This document shows positions 11,543 to 22,429 of a stretch of DNA of 64,000 nucleotides, piece by piece. Numbering within the stretch: the first letter of the stretch is position 1; each line of letters begins with the position of its first letter. The DNA is taken from NCBI RefSeq assembly GCF_001194135.2, contig NC_068994.1:22727887-22791886 (forward strand). The letters are read 5' to 3'. The position numbers and the translations under genes are program-made. This stretch comes from Octopus bimaculoides (lineage: Eukaryota). The notes under the pieces are model-generated. The model saw nothing but the letters and a program-made list of their open reading frames with translations, was not told the DNA's origin and ran no database searches.

Positions 11543-13615
11543 ATGTGTTCCTCTGCTTATAAACAAAAAGACACAAAAAAAAATGGTGATGCTTGTTCAT
11601 TTTTAAACTCACACCCTTTTTATTTAAATGCTCCCAATTTCCCATTCAAAATGAATACACCACATCATCACCATCATCATCATTATAATATGCCACCTAA
11701 TCATCAAATGAATTTTGATATTTGTAATCACAGCAGTAACAACAACAGCAACAACAACAGCAACAACTGTACTGCTTCCACAAATAATTGTCGGAATAAT
11801 GCTAAAAAGCTTTTACCTCCTATTGATCATCATCAACATCTCAATCATTTAATGCCAAAAAATAACAATGGTCGACAGAAAACTTTCCAACAAAACAGGA
11901 AATCTTCTACTACACCTTTACCAATATTAACTACAACAGCAATAACTGCAGCAGCAGCAACAACAACAACAACTACAACAACAGCACCTTCAAATGTTAC
12001 TAGTAAGAAAACTGCTTTGACATCATCAGTAGCTACACCACTAGCAACACTTCCCATGGCAACTACAGCTCTAACAAATAAAAGTATTCTTCCTTTCTCT
12101 ATGCTGACTCCACCATCAGAGAAAGCCAAAGACAAACCATATAAGTGTGAGACGTGTCGCAAGGCGTTTTCCCGACAATCAAATCTATCTCACCATGAAG
12201 AAACTCCAGCAGAACGTAAACATTTCCATTGTACCTACTGCTGGAAAGCATTCCCTGTGCGTGCCCGTCTTCGTGACCATGAACGTTCTCATACAGGGGA
12301 GAAACCTCATAAATGCCCCGTCTGCCCCAAAGCGTTTAGTCATCAAACTAACTTGAAAAATCATCTGAGAGTTCACTCAGGGGAAAGACCATTTGTATGT
12401 GGAATGTGTGGTAAACGTTTTAGTCATCTAACCAATCTACGTAATCATGAGAGGACTCATACTGGATTAAAACCATATATCTGTGGTCACTGTGGAAAGG
12501 GTTTTGGCCACATGACTAATTTGAAAAACCATCGTCGAACGCACACTGGAGAAAAACCATTTGTTTGCACTCATTGTGGTAAGGCTTTCAGCCATCAGAC
12601 CAACTTGAAAAACCATCAGAAAACCCATGCATCTCTAGAAAATTATGTAATGCTTGTAGGTCAGTCCAGTGCCTCTAACACTGTAGAAGAGCTCGAAAGA
12701 CTTTCTGCAGCAGCTGCTGGTGCCTTGATGCAAGCTTCTGATAATTCTGAACGACTACAAGCTGATTCAAGAGTGTCAATGTCTGATTCAAGGGTGTCAA
12801 TGTCTGATTCAAGGGTGTCAATGTCTGATTCAAGGGCATCAATGTCTGATTCAAGGGCGTCAATGCCTGATTCAAGAGTGTCAATATCTGATTCAAGAGT
12901 GTCGATGCCTGATTCAAGAGTGTCGATGCCTGATTCAAGGGCACCAATGTCAGATTCAAGGGCATCGATGTCTGATTCAAGGATGTCAATGCCCGATTCA
13001 AGGGTGTCAATGTCTGATTCGAGGGCGTCGATGTCTGATTCCAGGATGTCAATTCCTGATTCAAGAGTGTCAATGTCTGATTCAAGGATGTCGATGTCTG
13101 ATTCAAGGATGCCATTGTCTGATTCAAATATGAAAGAACAACAAAAGGAGCAACCAAGAGATACCCAATTAACGTGGCAGCCACCATCTACTCTTTCTTC
13201 ATCTAACATTGCTTCCAATTCAGTTGCTGCACGTACAGTTGAAGAATTGCAACAGTTATCTTCATTATCTTCAGCAAGTGCTTCAGCTGCACGAACTGTT
13301 GAAGAATTGCAAAAGCTATCTTCACTATCCAATTCATCAACAATTACACCTTTATCTTCACCACCTGCCTCCAGTGTACACATGCCTACACTAGAACATA
13401 TGAAGCATTCTCAGTCTTCTAGACGTATGACAGAGACACCTCATAGGTTTACCCCATCAAATGTTTGCCAAGCAGCAGAAGACTTTAACAGAATGCCTCC
13501 ACAAACTTCAGCAGCGACTAATCGCATGGTTGAAGAACTTCACAGGTTATCTGCACAATCATCTATACTTAGAATGCAACCCTTAAACAAAATTAAGGAT
13601 TCTCGTCCAAACTAG
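11543..13615 (+). CDS. C2H2 zinc-finger transcription factor, gene 1 (690 aa; 1 atypical + 5 canonical fingers; His/Asn/Thr low-complexity N-terminus; heptad-repeat C-terminal region)
   Basis: Uninterrupted 690-codon ORF with fingers at 12140-12628 and TGEKP/SGERP linkers. Splice acceptors upstream (TTTTCAG|G 11281-11288, TTTTGCAG|G 11457-11465). An alternative start at 11651 has a better context (CAAAATG). AATAAA at 13633. Confidence 0.95.
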   Translation: MCSSAYKQKDTKKNGDACSFLNSHPFYLNAPNFPFKMNTPHHHHHHHYNMPPNHQMNFDICNHSSNNNSNNNSNNCTASTNNCRNNAKKLLPPIDHHQHLNHLMPKNNNGRQKTFQQNRKSSTTPLPILTTTAITAAAATTTTTTTTAPSNVTSKKTALTSSVATPLATLPMATTALTNKSILPFSMLTPPSEKAKDKPYKCETCRKAFSRQSNLSHHEETPAERKHFHCTYCWKAFPVRARLRDHERSHTGEKPHKCPVCPKAFSHQTNLKNHLRVHSGERPFVCGMCGKRFSHLTNLRNHERTHTGLKPYICGHCGKGFGHMTNLKNHRRTHTGEKPFVCTHCGKAFSHQTNLKNHQKTHASLENYVMLVGQSSASNTVEELERLSAAAAGALMQASDNSERLQADSRVSMSDSRVSMSDSRVSMSDSRASMSDSRASMPDSRVSISDSRVSMPDSRVSMPDSRAPMSDSRASMSDSRMSMPDSRVSMSDSRASMSDSRMSIPDSRVSMSDSRMSMSDSRMPLSDSNMKEQQKEQPRDTQLTWQPPSTLSSSNIASNSVAARTVEELQQLSSLSSASASAARTVEELQKLSSLSNSSTITPLSSPPASSVHMPTLEHMKHSQSSRRMTETPHRFTPSNVCQAAEDFNRMPPQTSAATNRMVEELHRLSAQSSILRMQPLNKIKDSRPN
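12761..13117 (+). repeat. Coding minisatellite, 17 x 21 bp, encoding (A/S/P)DSR(V/A/M)(S/P)(M/I/L)
   Basis: Units such as TCTGATTCAAGGGTGTCAATG counted directly; 357 bp. Confidence 0.97.
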
Positions 13616-16274
13616 TCAGCAGAAAATTATCGAATAAAATCTCGCCACAAATTGTGGATATCTTCACTTTTATTTTTTTAAGACTTCATGTCACTGGTCT
13701 CTATTGAGGTTTTGATGGTTTTATTTTATCAATTTATGTAGACAATTACTCATAAATTATCCACTCGCTTTCTGATTTTTTTTTTTTTTTTAAGATTTTC
13801 TCTTTAGAGAAAAATAAGCCCTTCAAAGTTTTGAAGCTAAATAACTTTATTTTGTTTTTATTTCTTGATATTGTGCAAATACTAAGATTATTAAAAAAAA
13901 TCTAAACAAAATTTTAATCTGATGATAACTATTATTGATTTTATGATTTATGAAATATATTTTCACATTTGACATATATGCAATATTTATTGATACAGCC
14001 TTTTTACAATCTGAAATTCGTAGAAAACCATACTATACATTAATAAATCTTGACCTATTGAATTAAGGCTTTTTGACTCTCAGTCTGTTTAAATGGGTAT
14101 TGGTTGTCACTGGAAGTTAGAACAGTTGAAGGATTAATCTACTTGCACCAAAGATATGAAAATTATACAGAAATAAGACCATCAGTACTTGTCCTCTTAT
14201 CTTGTATGTTTCAAATGTGGCCAGTTCAATCATATCAGCTTACAATGGGACATATTTTTAACAAACCAAAAAAATATTTTTAGTTTTACATCAGAGCTAT
14301 CCTTCTAAAGGTAGCCATCATTCTAAAGAAAGCTAACCAGGCTGTTGTACCAATGTTGATTCTTATAAGTTCCAAACCTTGTGACATGACTATTGAGTGT
14401 GATAGTACACTTGATGGACTATGCAAATTAGAAGTATTTTTTTAGATTTGTAAATGTTTAATAATTAAGAAAAATATTAAAATAATTATTGAATAAAGAT
14501 AAGTTTCAACAATGTGAACATTTTGAAATCTGTTTATTTTATGAATTTTCTTTTCTACAAGTATTCTTTCTATTTATATTTTTAATTTATGATATTGTCA
14601 TCCAACCCATTTTAGATAGGAAAATGGAGGATGTAAAAGCAAAATTTTAATAAACCAAAGATAAATAAAAAATATTGAAAGCATTTTTTTTTTCATTATT
14701 TCAGTAGATGAACTGGATGTTCAGTTTGTGCATTTTTAGTATTTCATTTAAATTTTCTCAGATACATGGTATTGACAAATTTGTTGATAGGTTTAGCAAA
14801 TTAAACTACCCAATACATTTAAGAGTTATGAATATTTTATATTTAGTAGCTTATAATATTTGAGACAACAACATAGGTTTCATGTCTGAAGAAACATATT
14901 GGGCCAAGCTTATTCCAAGCTATTGCCACTTACCCTGCCATTCTTCAATCTGTCTTCAGTTATTACTCCAGATAGCCATTGGTAATATGGAATTTTGTGA
15001 AAGAAAAAAAAAACGTTACTTGTGGATGAATTTTTGTTTGGGAGGGGCAGTAATTTAGTAATATTTAAATGTAAGTTGCATCCCTTGATTTATCTGCACC
15101 CATTCACTGGAAAGAATTAAGTGGAAAAGTGTCTTTAGGTGTTGAATTTATTTAATTGTTTCATTTTTTTCTTGATGTAAATAGATGGGATGATTAAGTA
15201 GGTTCATGAGAAATCATGTAATGGTTTTATATATATATATATATATGGGTATTGTGTGTGCCAGTTGGGAACTTTTTAACTTAGCAGGAATGAAAGTGGT
15301 GTTTGTTCTGCTGGTATGGAGATTTGTGGTGGTGTGAGCCTAGTGAATGTGGTATTTTCCCAATTGGATAGAAAAAATTTGTCTTTATATATACATTTGG
15401 AATTGATGTATGTAATGAGTTAACTTTTACAAGGGTTACCATTGGCCTCATGGTCTTCATCTAGTTACCAGATCGTGTTAAAATATTTTCCAAAGTTTTT
15501 TAAATTTCTGTTTCACGATAATATAACTAATTCTCATGAGTCATAAATTATTTTCTTTTCGTTGTAATACTGAGGTTACTGAGAAAATCATTCTAAGATG
15601 AAGTTGAGGAGTGACAAAACCATTAAATGTAGTTCAATAAGAAAAGGAATATTAAGGGTAGCTAACAGAAAGAAAGGCATGGGAAGGAAAAGTAAATATG
15701 AAACTAAGGTGAATATAGTCAAAAATTTGGAAGAAGTAAATGAAGAAATATCAGGTAACAATGCATATCAGTGGCTCTTGTTGAATGAAGGTGGTGTTTC
15801 CCTGTTGTAAATAGGTGCTTTTCAAAGTGTCTGCATTTCCCTAATTTCTCTGATTGTATGTTTAAATAGAAGTCATGTTTATGAAGGTTTCTAAAGAGTC
15901 TCTTCCACTGAACATTAATCGCACCTTTTAGTTTAGTAGAGTCTGGAAATTTTCAGGATTTTCTATTTCATACTGTAGTTTGAAGCTTTTATTCCCAAAC
16001 ATATTTGACGATTGTATTCTTTTGATATATTTAAAGGATATGCTTATATTATAGAATGGTTTAAAAAAATTTTTCTTCTGTTTTGCTTATGTACCATTTA
16101 TTTATTTCTGTTAGGTTGGGTTGTATATAGTGACCTCTGCCTCATTAAGTATTGCTTCCATGCAGGATTAAGGTTCATGACTAGTATGTATTTTCTTGTT
16201 TAATGGTGGGTATGTGTGATATTACATTTATCTTGTTCTTAATGCAACTAAGAATTAATATTAAGCTTGAGATT

Positions 16275-16405
16275 CCATTGGGTCAACTTTGCCTTTGACC
16301 CTTTCAAGATTGATAAAATAAGTGCCACTTGAACACTGGGGTTGATATAATCAACTTATCCCCTCCCCTGAAATTGCTGGTCTTGTGCCAAAATTTGAAA
16401 CCAGT
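16275..16405 (+). mobile_element. 3' half of the tRNA-derived SINE family seen at 8001
   Basis: GGTCAACTTTGCCTTTGACCCTTTCAAGATTGATAAAATAAGTGCCACTTGAACACTGGGG matches the 8001 and 48968 copies. Confidence 0.75.
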
Positions 16406-17149
16406 GTTAAGCTTGAGACAGCTAAAAAGTTTTTATATATGATGAAGCGTTATGCAAATCATATACTATTACAGTGCTTCCTTTTCTTTTGTAGGCATGG
16501 AAAATGAAGTGTATTCGCAATTTTCATTTCCAAGCTCCTAACTAGTATGGCTCTATCAAATATTTACTTTTTTAAGGAGAGATTGAAGATCTTTCTTATG
16601 ATGTAGATAGGGCTCTTAAATACTACACAGGGAGAGATGACATGTTCCTTCTTTAATGAAAGAGTTTTTCATTTAGTTTCCTGGAAAGTTTGTGTAAGCT
16701 AGTTGTTAAATCTAGTGTAAGATTAAGTCAACAATAATTAGGCAGGAGTCTATAGTTATTCTGAGGCTGTGAGTATGAATAATGACTATTAGTGTTTTTA
16801 GTAGAGGGGTGAAAATAGCAATTAGACAAGAAGAAATCACAGTGACAAAAAAGGGAGAGGATGGAGAGAAAAATAAAAGGTTGAGGGGAGGGAGTAAAAG
16901 TGTGAAAGGATGGTAAGAACTGAAGAAAATTGGAGAAGCTTGGCCAAAAAAAATAAATAGAAAAATAATGATTTCTATAATTTGCCACCAGGACAACAGA
17001 TTCTGTGTAAACTCCAAAACATTATGTCTCAAAGAGAGACAAAGTTTTGGAGTTTATAAAGAATTAACTGGTTAAAAGTAAATATATACGATATACAACA
17101 TTAAAAACAAAAAGATGATTATGCTATCCTCCTGATACAGGAGGACCTT

Positions 17150-20024
17150 GGGCCAATTGAGGAGATCCACCATCCAAGACCTACCTGAATACCAAGGGCA
17201 AGTGCCCTCTCCAACTTACAGGCATAAATATAGCATGGTCCCATCCATTCTTGTTGTTCTCACCATACTCACTTTCAATAAATTCACTTAAAGATAGCAC
17301 TTTTTCCTCCACCTTCACTTTCCTTTCCAAGTGAAAAAATCGATAAGAGAAAAGAGAAAATTCTGTCTTCATATCTTTCAGCCTCACCCACCACTTCTTT
17401 TGCTTAGCCATAAAATAGAGGAGAACAGTGAGGTAATCATCATGATGGACTTGATTGATAACTGAATCCATCTCACACGTGAAAGCAGCTGCAACATAAC
17501 TCCACAAGTCAGCAAACCTGGACACTAAACAAGTGCATGCAAAATAATTTTGTCATGCTGCACACATCTTGGACATGCTCTCCTAGCAGCACTTCCATGC
17601 TTGTAGAGCATCTCAAGCTGGTAACACAGTAAACCCCATAACTTCTGGTAGTCCATGATAGGAAAGTTAACCAGAACAGACTAGTCAGTTCATTTTTATC
17701 AATACCCAAAGTCTCCTTAAGAATGTCATTACTCTTCCCCTGCCTGGCTTGTATAGGGTGGTGAGAGCCAGACTACACTCTAAATGCCAGGCACCCACTC
17801 TCAGCCTTTGTTCACCCAGGATTGCAGCTCTGCCAATAAGACAAGCTGCAGAAATACATGACTTTCAAACGGTGCCCACACCTGTCCACCAACTAAGAAT
17901 CTTTGCAAGTGGTGTAGCCTCAGCACATGTCTGTGTAAGAGCAACCAGGTCATGCCTAATTCGCTATGTAGAGGCTGCTGGTAGCTGATAGACTCCCTGG
18001 CCTGTGAAACACATCTTTTCAACAAGAAATTGAATATCAGATGCTCCACACTGATCAGGTGGGAATCAGAGCAAGATACGATGGTCAGGTGATAAGCAAT
18101 GAAGGTAATTTAGACATTCACTACATCTGCATGATATTTCAAAGATACTTCCGCTTGGCCCATTTCTGGGTAAGATTGGGTTCATCACCTCATCTCACTT
18201 TCTATCTACCCGGCAGTCAGGAGTGAACCAGACCNNNNNNNNNNNNNNNNNNNNNNNCCCAGTTTAACTTGTCTGTTGATCTAGTATTTCTGACAGCATG
18301 GACCTGCGTCTCAAGATGTTCAGTGACTTGCCCAGATTGACCTTAGTTCTTACAACCAACTCATTTTTTTAGAATGGTGCTGACTGCCTCCACTTCCATG
18401 GATAGTGACGTCAGTCGCATATGGTAACATGGCTCTCCTGGGTCACAGTTTGAAAGGGATGCCCATCAACCATTCCATCTTCCCACAGCAGTAGCTCAAG
18501 AGCCAGCACTTACAGAAGAGGCTGGAGGAGGTAGCCTAGGAACTGTTTTATTTTTACTGCCACATCGGCACTACTATGCATTGCAGCAACGCAACTCTGG
18601 AAGTGTACTCCAAATCACTCACTTTCAGGGTGCCTTCTTAGAAGCAAAGGTTAGCCTTGTCAGATGCCATTTACTGATCTAGAGTGATCAGAGCCCCACC
18701 AAAATCAGCTTTGTCCCTAACCCTCTCTCTGATGTGTTGCATAAAGTATCAGTTGTCATAGATGGACCTATTTGGAATTGCACGTGTATGTGCTTCTCCA
18801 CTCATACTTCTAACAGCAAGCATCAACTATTTCACTAACACCTTGTCCAAAATCCTAAGCTTTATGCTTAAAAAAGTTATAGGCCTAAATTTGTCAACAG
18901 CATCCCTTTTGTCAGCATCCTTTGCCAACAACATAACCATCCCCGGTTCATTCTCATTCAGCTGCAATTTGCAAGAGATGTCTGTCAAGAGCTCACCAAA
19001 ACAATCTGACAAAATCATAAAGCATGAGGGGCAAAGCATCCAAATTTGTTGATTTGCATCTTCTGCCAGGAGTCTCTGCATGTCATTGAGATAGAAATTC
19101 AAGTCTGCTACCATATCCTGCCCATTATGAACAGTTGAACGAAGTGTTCCTGGAATGCCACACACATTTGCTTGAAATCATGTAACTCACACCAGTTTCA
19201 CTTAGGCACATCAAACAGCTTCCCACCTCCCTCATGTTTCAACATATGGTTCTGAATCCTGACAATACAGCCTTCATGTTTTATGTTGAAGAAATAGTCA
19301 AGAGGTACTATAACTGAGAACGCGAGTTGTGATGCATTTACTAATTGCTTCTCCTGGAAGAATCTACTCCTTAGTGCTAGTTTTTTGCTAAATGCTATCA
19401 ATTCTGATATAATTGCCCTCTTCAGAATGACCCACCACCAGTTGTTGGTGATTATTCCCATCAGCTACTACTTAACCAATTCATAATATGGTCCCTGCAG
19501 TCTTCGCATGCTAATAAGGATACATTCATCTTCCAGTAACTAGTTCCCTGTCTATGGGCCCTACCTAAATCGGCCGGGAAATTCACAAATTTGTGGTTTG
19601 TGTAGCTGACCAAATGTTGACATTCTAAACTATTCCTATCCGCTATCCTATCAATTACTCAGTCTGTATACTATTTGGATATCTCACTGTAGTTGATTCA
19701 TGTCCACACTGGCACATCAGGGAAATCTAGCTGGTAACTGCAGCTAGTTGGAAATTTATGAGCAGGTTTTTGAGTCTTTTGCACCTCTTTCTCCCATACA
19801 CTAGTTTCATACAGTTCCAGTCCTCACTAGTAGTAGTAGTGACTGGGACATTTTCAGGAAAGCTACATGTTTAAATAAACCAGTTCTGCTGCTATAGAGG
19901 TATAGATGGCCTCTAGTTTGAAGCACCTTGTTCACTACTGTTCACATCCAGAAACAATGACTTTCCACCTGAATGCACATATTTCTGAAATAACACTGCC
20001 ATCCCACAGCATCGTTGGCCAATC
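17150..20024 (-). mobile_element. Degenerate Tx1/L1-clade LINE ORF2 (endonuclease, RT, C-terminal region)
   Basis: GMVMLLAKDADKRDAVDKFRPITFLSIKLRILDKVLVK (RT entry motif, 18827-19165), connector ILKRAIISELIAFSKKL, endonuclease-like FKLEAIYT near 19900; many stops and frameshifts. Confidence 0.8.
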
Positions 20025-20640
20025 CATTACCAAATTTGCATATGCTGGAGCTACCATTATTCCCATTACTGTTCCAAATATTTGTCTTGGCTTCACCAAA
20101 ATTAAGAGAGTTGTTTTGAGAGTAAACTGAAATCTTTCTAAAAGAAAATTCTTTACCTATATAGTTTCATAATTCTTGAGGACATTTATTTGGCCAAAAT
20201 TTATTACTTCTATTCCATATTCATCTTGCATATTTATATTCAGGGTAACTGCATTAAATGAAGCTTAAAGAGTTCTTCATACACTGTACATATGAGGTAA
20301 TTTAACATATCCAAGTCATCTCTTCTGTAAAACTGTATATGTTTACAATACAGTTTCAATAATGTCATAGAAATTATTCAATCGATAGGTTTCACGATGG
20401 ACCTCCCACTTTTAGTCTTAATTATAAATCATTTGGGCAAAGAACATTTTAGAAAGATGATGATTCTGTGCTGGCATCATTTATAATTTTACTTTTGTGA
20501 AATTTTGGTAATCCATAAAAATTACTTGCCTTGCATTTTAAATTGGTTATATAGTATTCTTTATCAGTTAAGACTTTACAGTATAAATTTACTAGGACAT
20601 TAAAATTTTGTAGTATTTTCTTTTGGTTATAGCATTCTTT
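20025..20640 (-). mobile_element. Penelope-like element reverse transcriptase remnant
   Basis: NFYGLPKFHKSKII (PLE YGLPKIHK motif), then GGPS.ETYRLNNF.D and QIFGTVMGIMVAPAYANLVM (motif B, Q..GTAMG..AP.YANL). Confidence 0.85.
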
Positions 20641-20830
20641 TATTCTTTTAGTTGTTTCAGTCATTTGACTGCAGCCATGCTGGAGCACTACCTTGAAAGA
20701 CTTATTTTTTAAGCCTATTCTATCAGTCTCTTTTGCCAAACTGCTAAGTTACGGGGACGTAAACACACCAACACTGGTTGTCAAGTAGTGATGGGGCAGG
20801 AGACAAACAAAGACACACACATATATATAT
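20640..20830 (-). mobile_element. 3' half of the abundant CORE-type SINE
   Basis: GTTGTTTCAGTCATTTGACTGCAGCCATGCTGGAGCAC...CTGCTAAGTTACGGGGACGTAAACACACCAACAC; same family at 36605, 39068-39385 and 59150-59360. Confidence 0.85.
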
Positions 20831-20890
20831 ATACACATACACACACACACACACACATATATATATTCACACATCTACATACATACATAC

Positions 20891-20982
<92 letters not shown>

Positions 20983-20990
20983 TTTTTTGC
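20820..20990. repeat. (AC)n/(AT)n/(GT)n compound microsatellite
   Basis: Direct reading. Similar tracts at 21640-21790 (CT), 33070-33135, 38845-38898, 39917-39953, 43737-43785, 45060-45245, 46470-46553 and 63978-64000. Confidence 0.97.
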
Positions 20991-20999
20991 GTGAAAAAA

Positions 21000-21290
21000 C
21001 ATTCAAGGGAGGTCATTGCCAGTGCCGCTGGAGTGGGTCCTGTGCAGGTGGCATGTAAAAAACACCATTTGAGTATGGCCGTTGCCAGTACCGCCTGACT
21101 GGTCTTCGTGTCGGTGGCACATAAAAGCACCCACTACACTCTCGGAATGGTTGGCGTTAGGAAGGGCATCCAGCTGTAGAAACTTTGCCAGATCAGATTG
21201 GAGCCTGGTGCAGCCATCTGGTTCACCAGTCCTTAGTCAAATTGTCCAACTCATGCTAGCATGGAAAGTGGATGTTAAACGATGATTATA
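21000..21290 (+). mobile_element. RTE-LINE 3' UTR/tail (short 5'-truncated copy or partner SINE)
   Basis: GGCACATAAAAGCACCCACTACACTCTCGG..TTAGGAAGGGCATCCAGCTGTAGAAAC..CATGCTAGCATGGAAAGTGGATGTTAAACGATGAT; same tail as 41400-41612, 54082 and 55599. Confidence 0.85.
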
Positions 21291-21638
21291 TATATATATA
21301 CATACATATATATAAGAGTTGTGTTCCACCCACATGTAATAACACACTTTTCACCCACTCTACCCTAAGAAATCAAACTACAACTCCTCTTCTAACTAAA
21401 TCTTTCTCTTCCTCACATTTTCTCCTCATACATTATGATTGTTTTCCAAATCCCCTTTCTTGCCCTCCCTGACATGTTCACTGTATCACTGCTCCCCACA
21501 CCCACTCCCTATTTTTCTAACCAGGTTCGACACTCATATTCTTGTTCCTTGTGAGTATACCCTAGCACTACACCATCTCTCTTCTGCTCTCTCTTACACT
21601 TTTGCTGTTTCCTGCTCTCTTTCCCTTTGGTCACTCTT

Positions 21639-21673
<35 letters not shown>

Positions 21674-21738
21674 TTCCTTCTGACTAGTTAACCAAGTATC
21701 ACCTTTACATCAACACACTTGCTTCTGGCCTCTTTCTG

Positions 21739-21783
<45 letters not shown>

Positions 21784-22429
21784 CTCTCTCTCTGTAACCA
21801 TGTACTTCCTCTATAGCAAAACACCTATCTCTGCCTCTCTATTTCTCTGTTACACTCTAAACCTTTCATCATTTGATACTGGATCACCTCCTCTAATGCA
21901 CCCTGTGTTGTGGCAAGACACCTGCTTCTGTCTCTTTGTCACACTCCAACTTTTATCCTCTGACACAAATGCCCTGTCCCACTCATAATTCCTTGTCTTG
22001 TGAGTTACTTGGTTACCCTGCCAGTGTTGGTATCACGTTAAAAGCATCCAGTCCACACTGTAATGTGATTGGCATGTGTAAGGGCATCCAGCAGTAAAAA
22101 TCTGGCCAAAACTAATTTCACCTGTGATAGTGCCATGTAAAAAGCACTGAGTCCACTCTGCGAAGTGGTTGGTGTTAGGAAGGGCATCCAGTCATAAAAT
22201 CCCTGCCAAAACAGACACAGTAGCTTTGGGCAGATTTTCTACCTGGCCAGCTCCTGTCAACCGTCCTACCTATGCATGCATGGAAGATTGACATTAAACA
22301 ATGATGATGGTGATATATATAACAGGCTTCTTTCAGTTTCCTTCTACCAAATCCATTCACAAGGCTCTGGTTGGCCCATGGCTACAGTAGAAGACACTTG
22401 CCCAAGGTACCACACAGTAGGACAATATT

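Noticed and set aside
11845-12376. Short ORFs overlapping gene 1 in other frames or strands
   Set aside because: Shadow frames of low-complexity and zinc-finger codons.
12661-13383. Antisense ORFs of 240 aa (LESDIDT repeats) and 170 aa (LNQTLTP repeats)
   Set aside because: Shadows of the 21-bp coding repeat, which lacks stops in two reverse frames; no independent coding evidence.
20778-21130. [10 protein letters not shown] ORFs (also 45014-45352, 46330-46713, 37651-38498)
   Set aside because: Microsatellite and TATG-type low-complexity translations.
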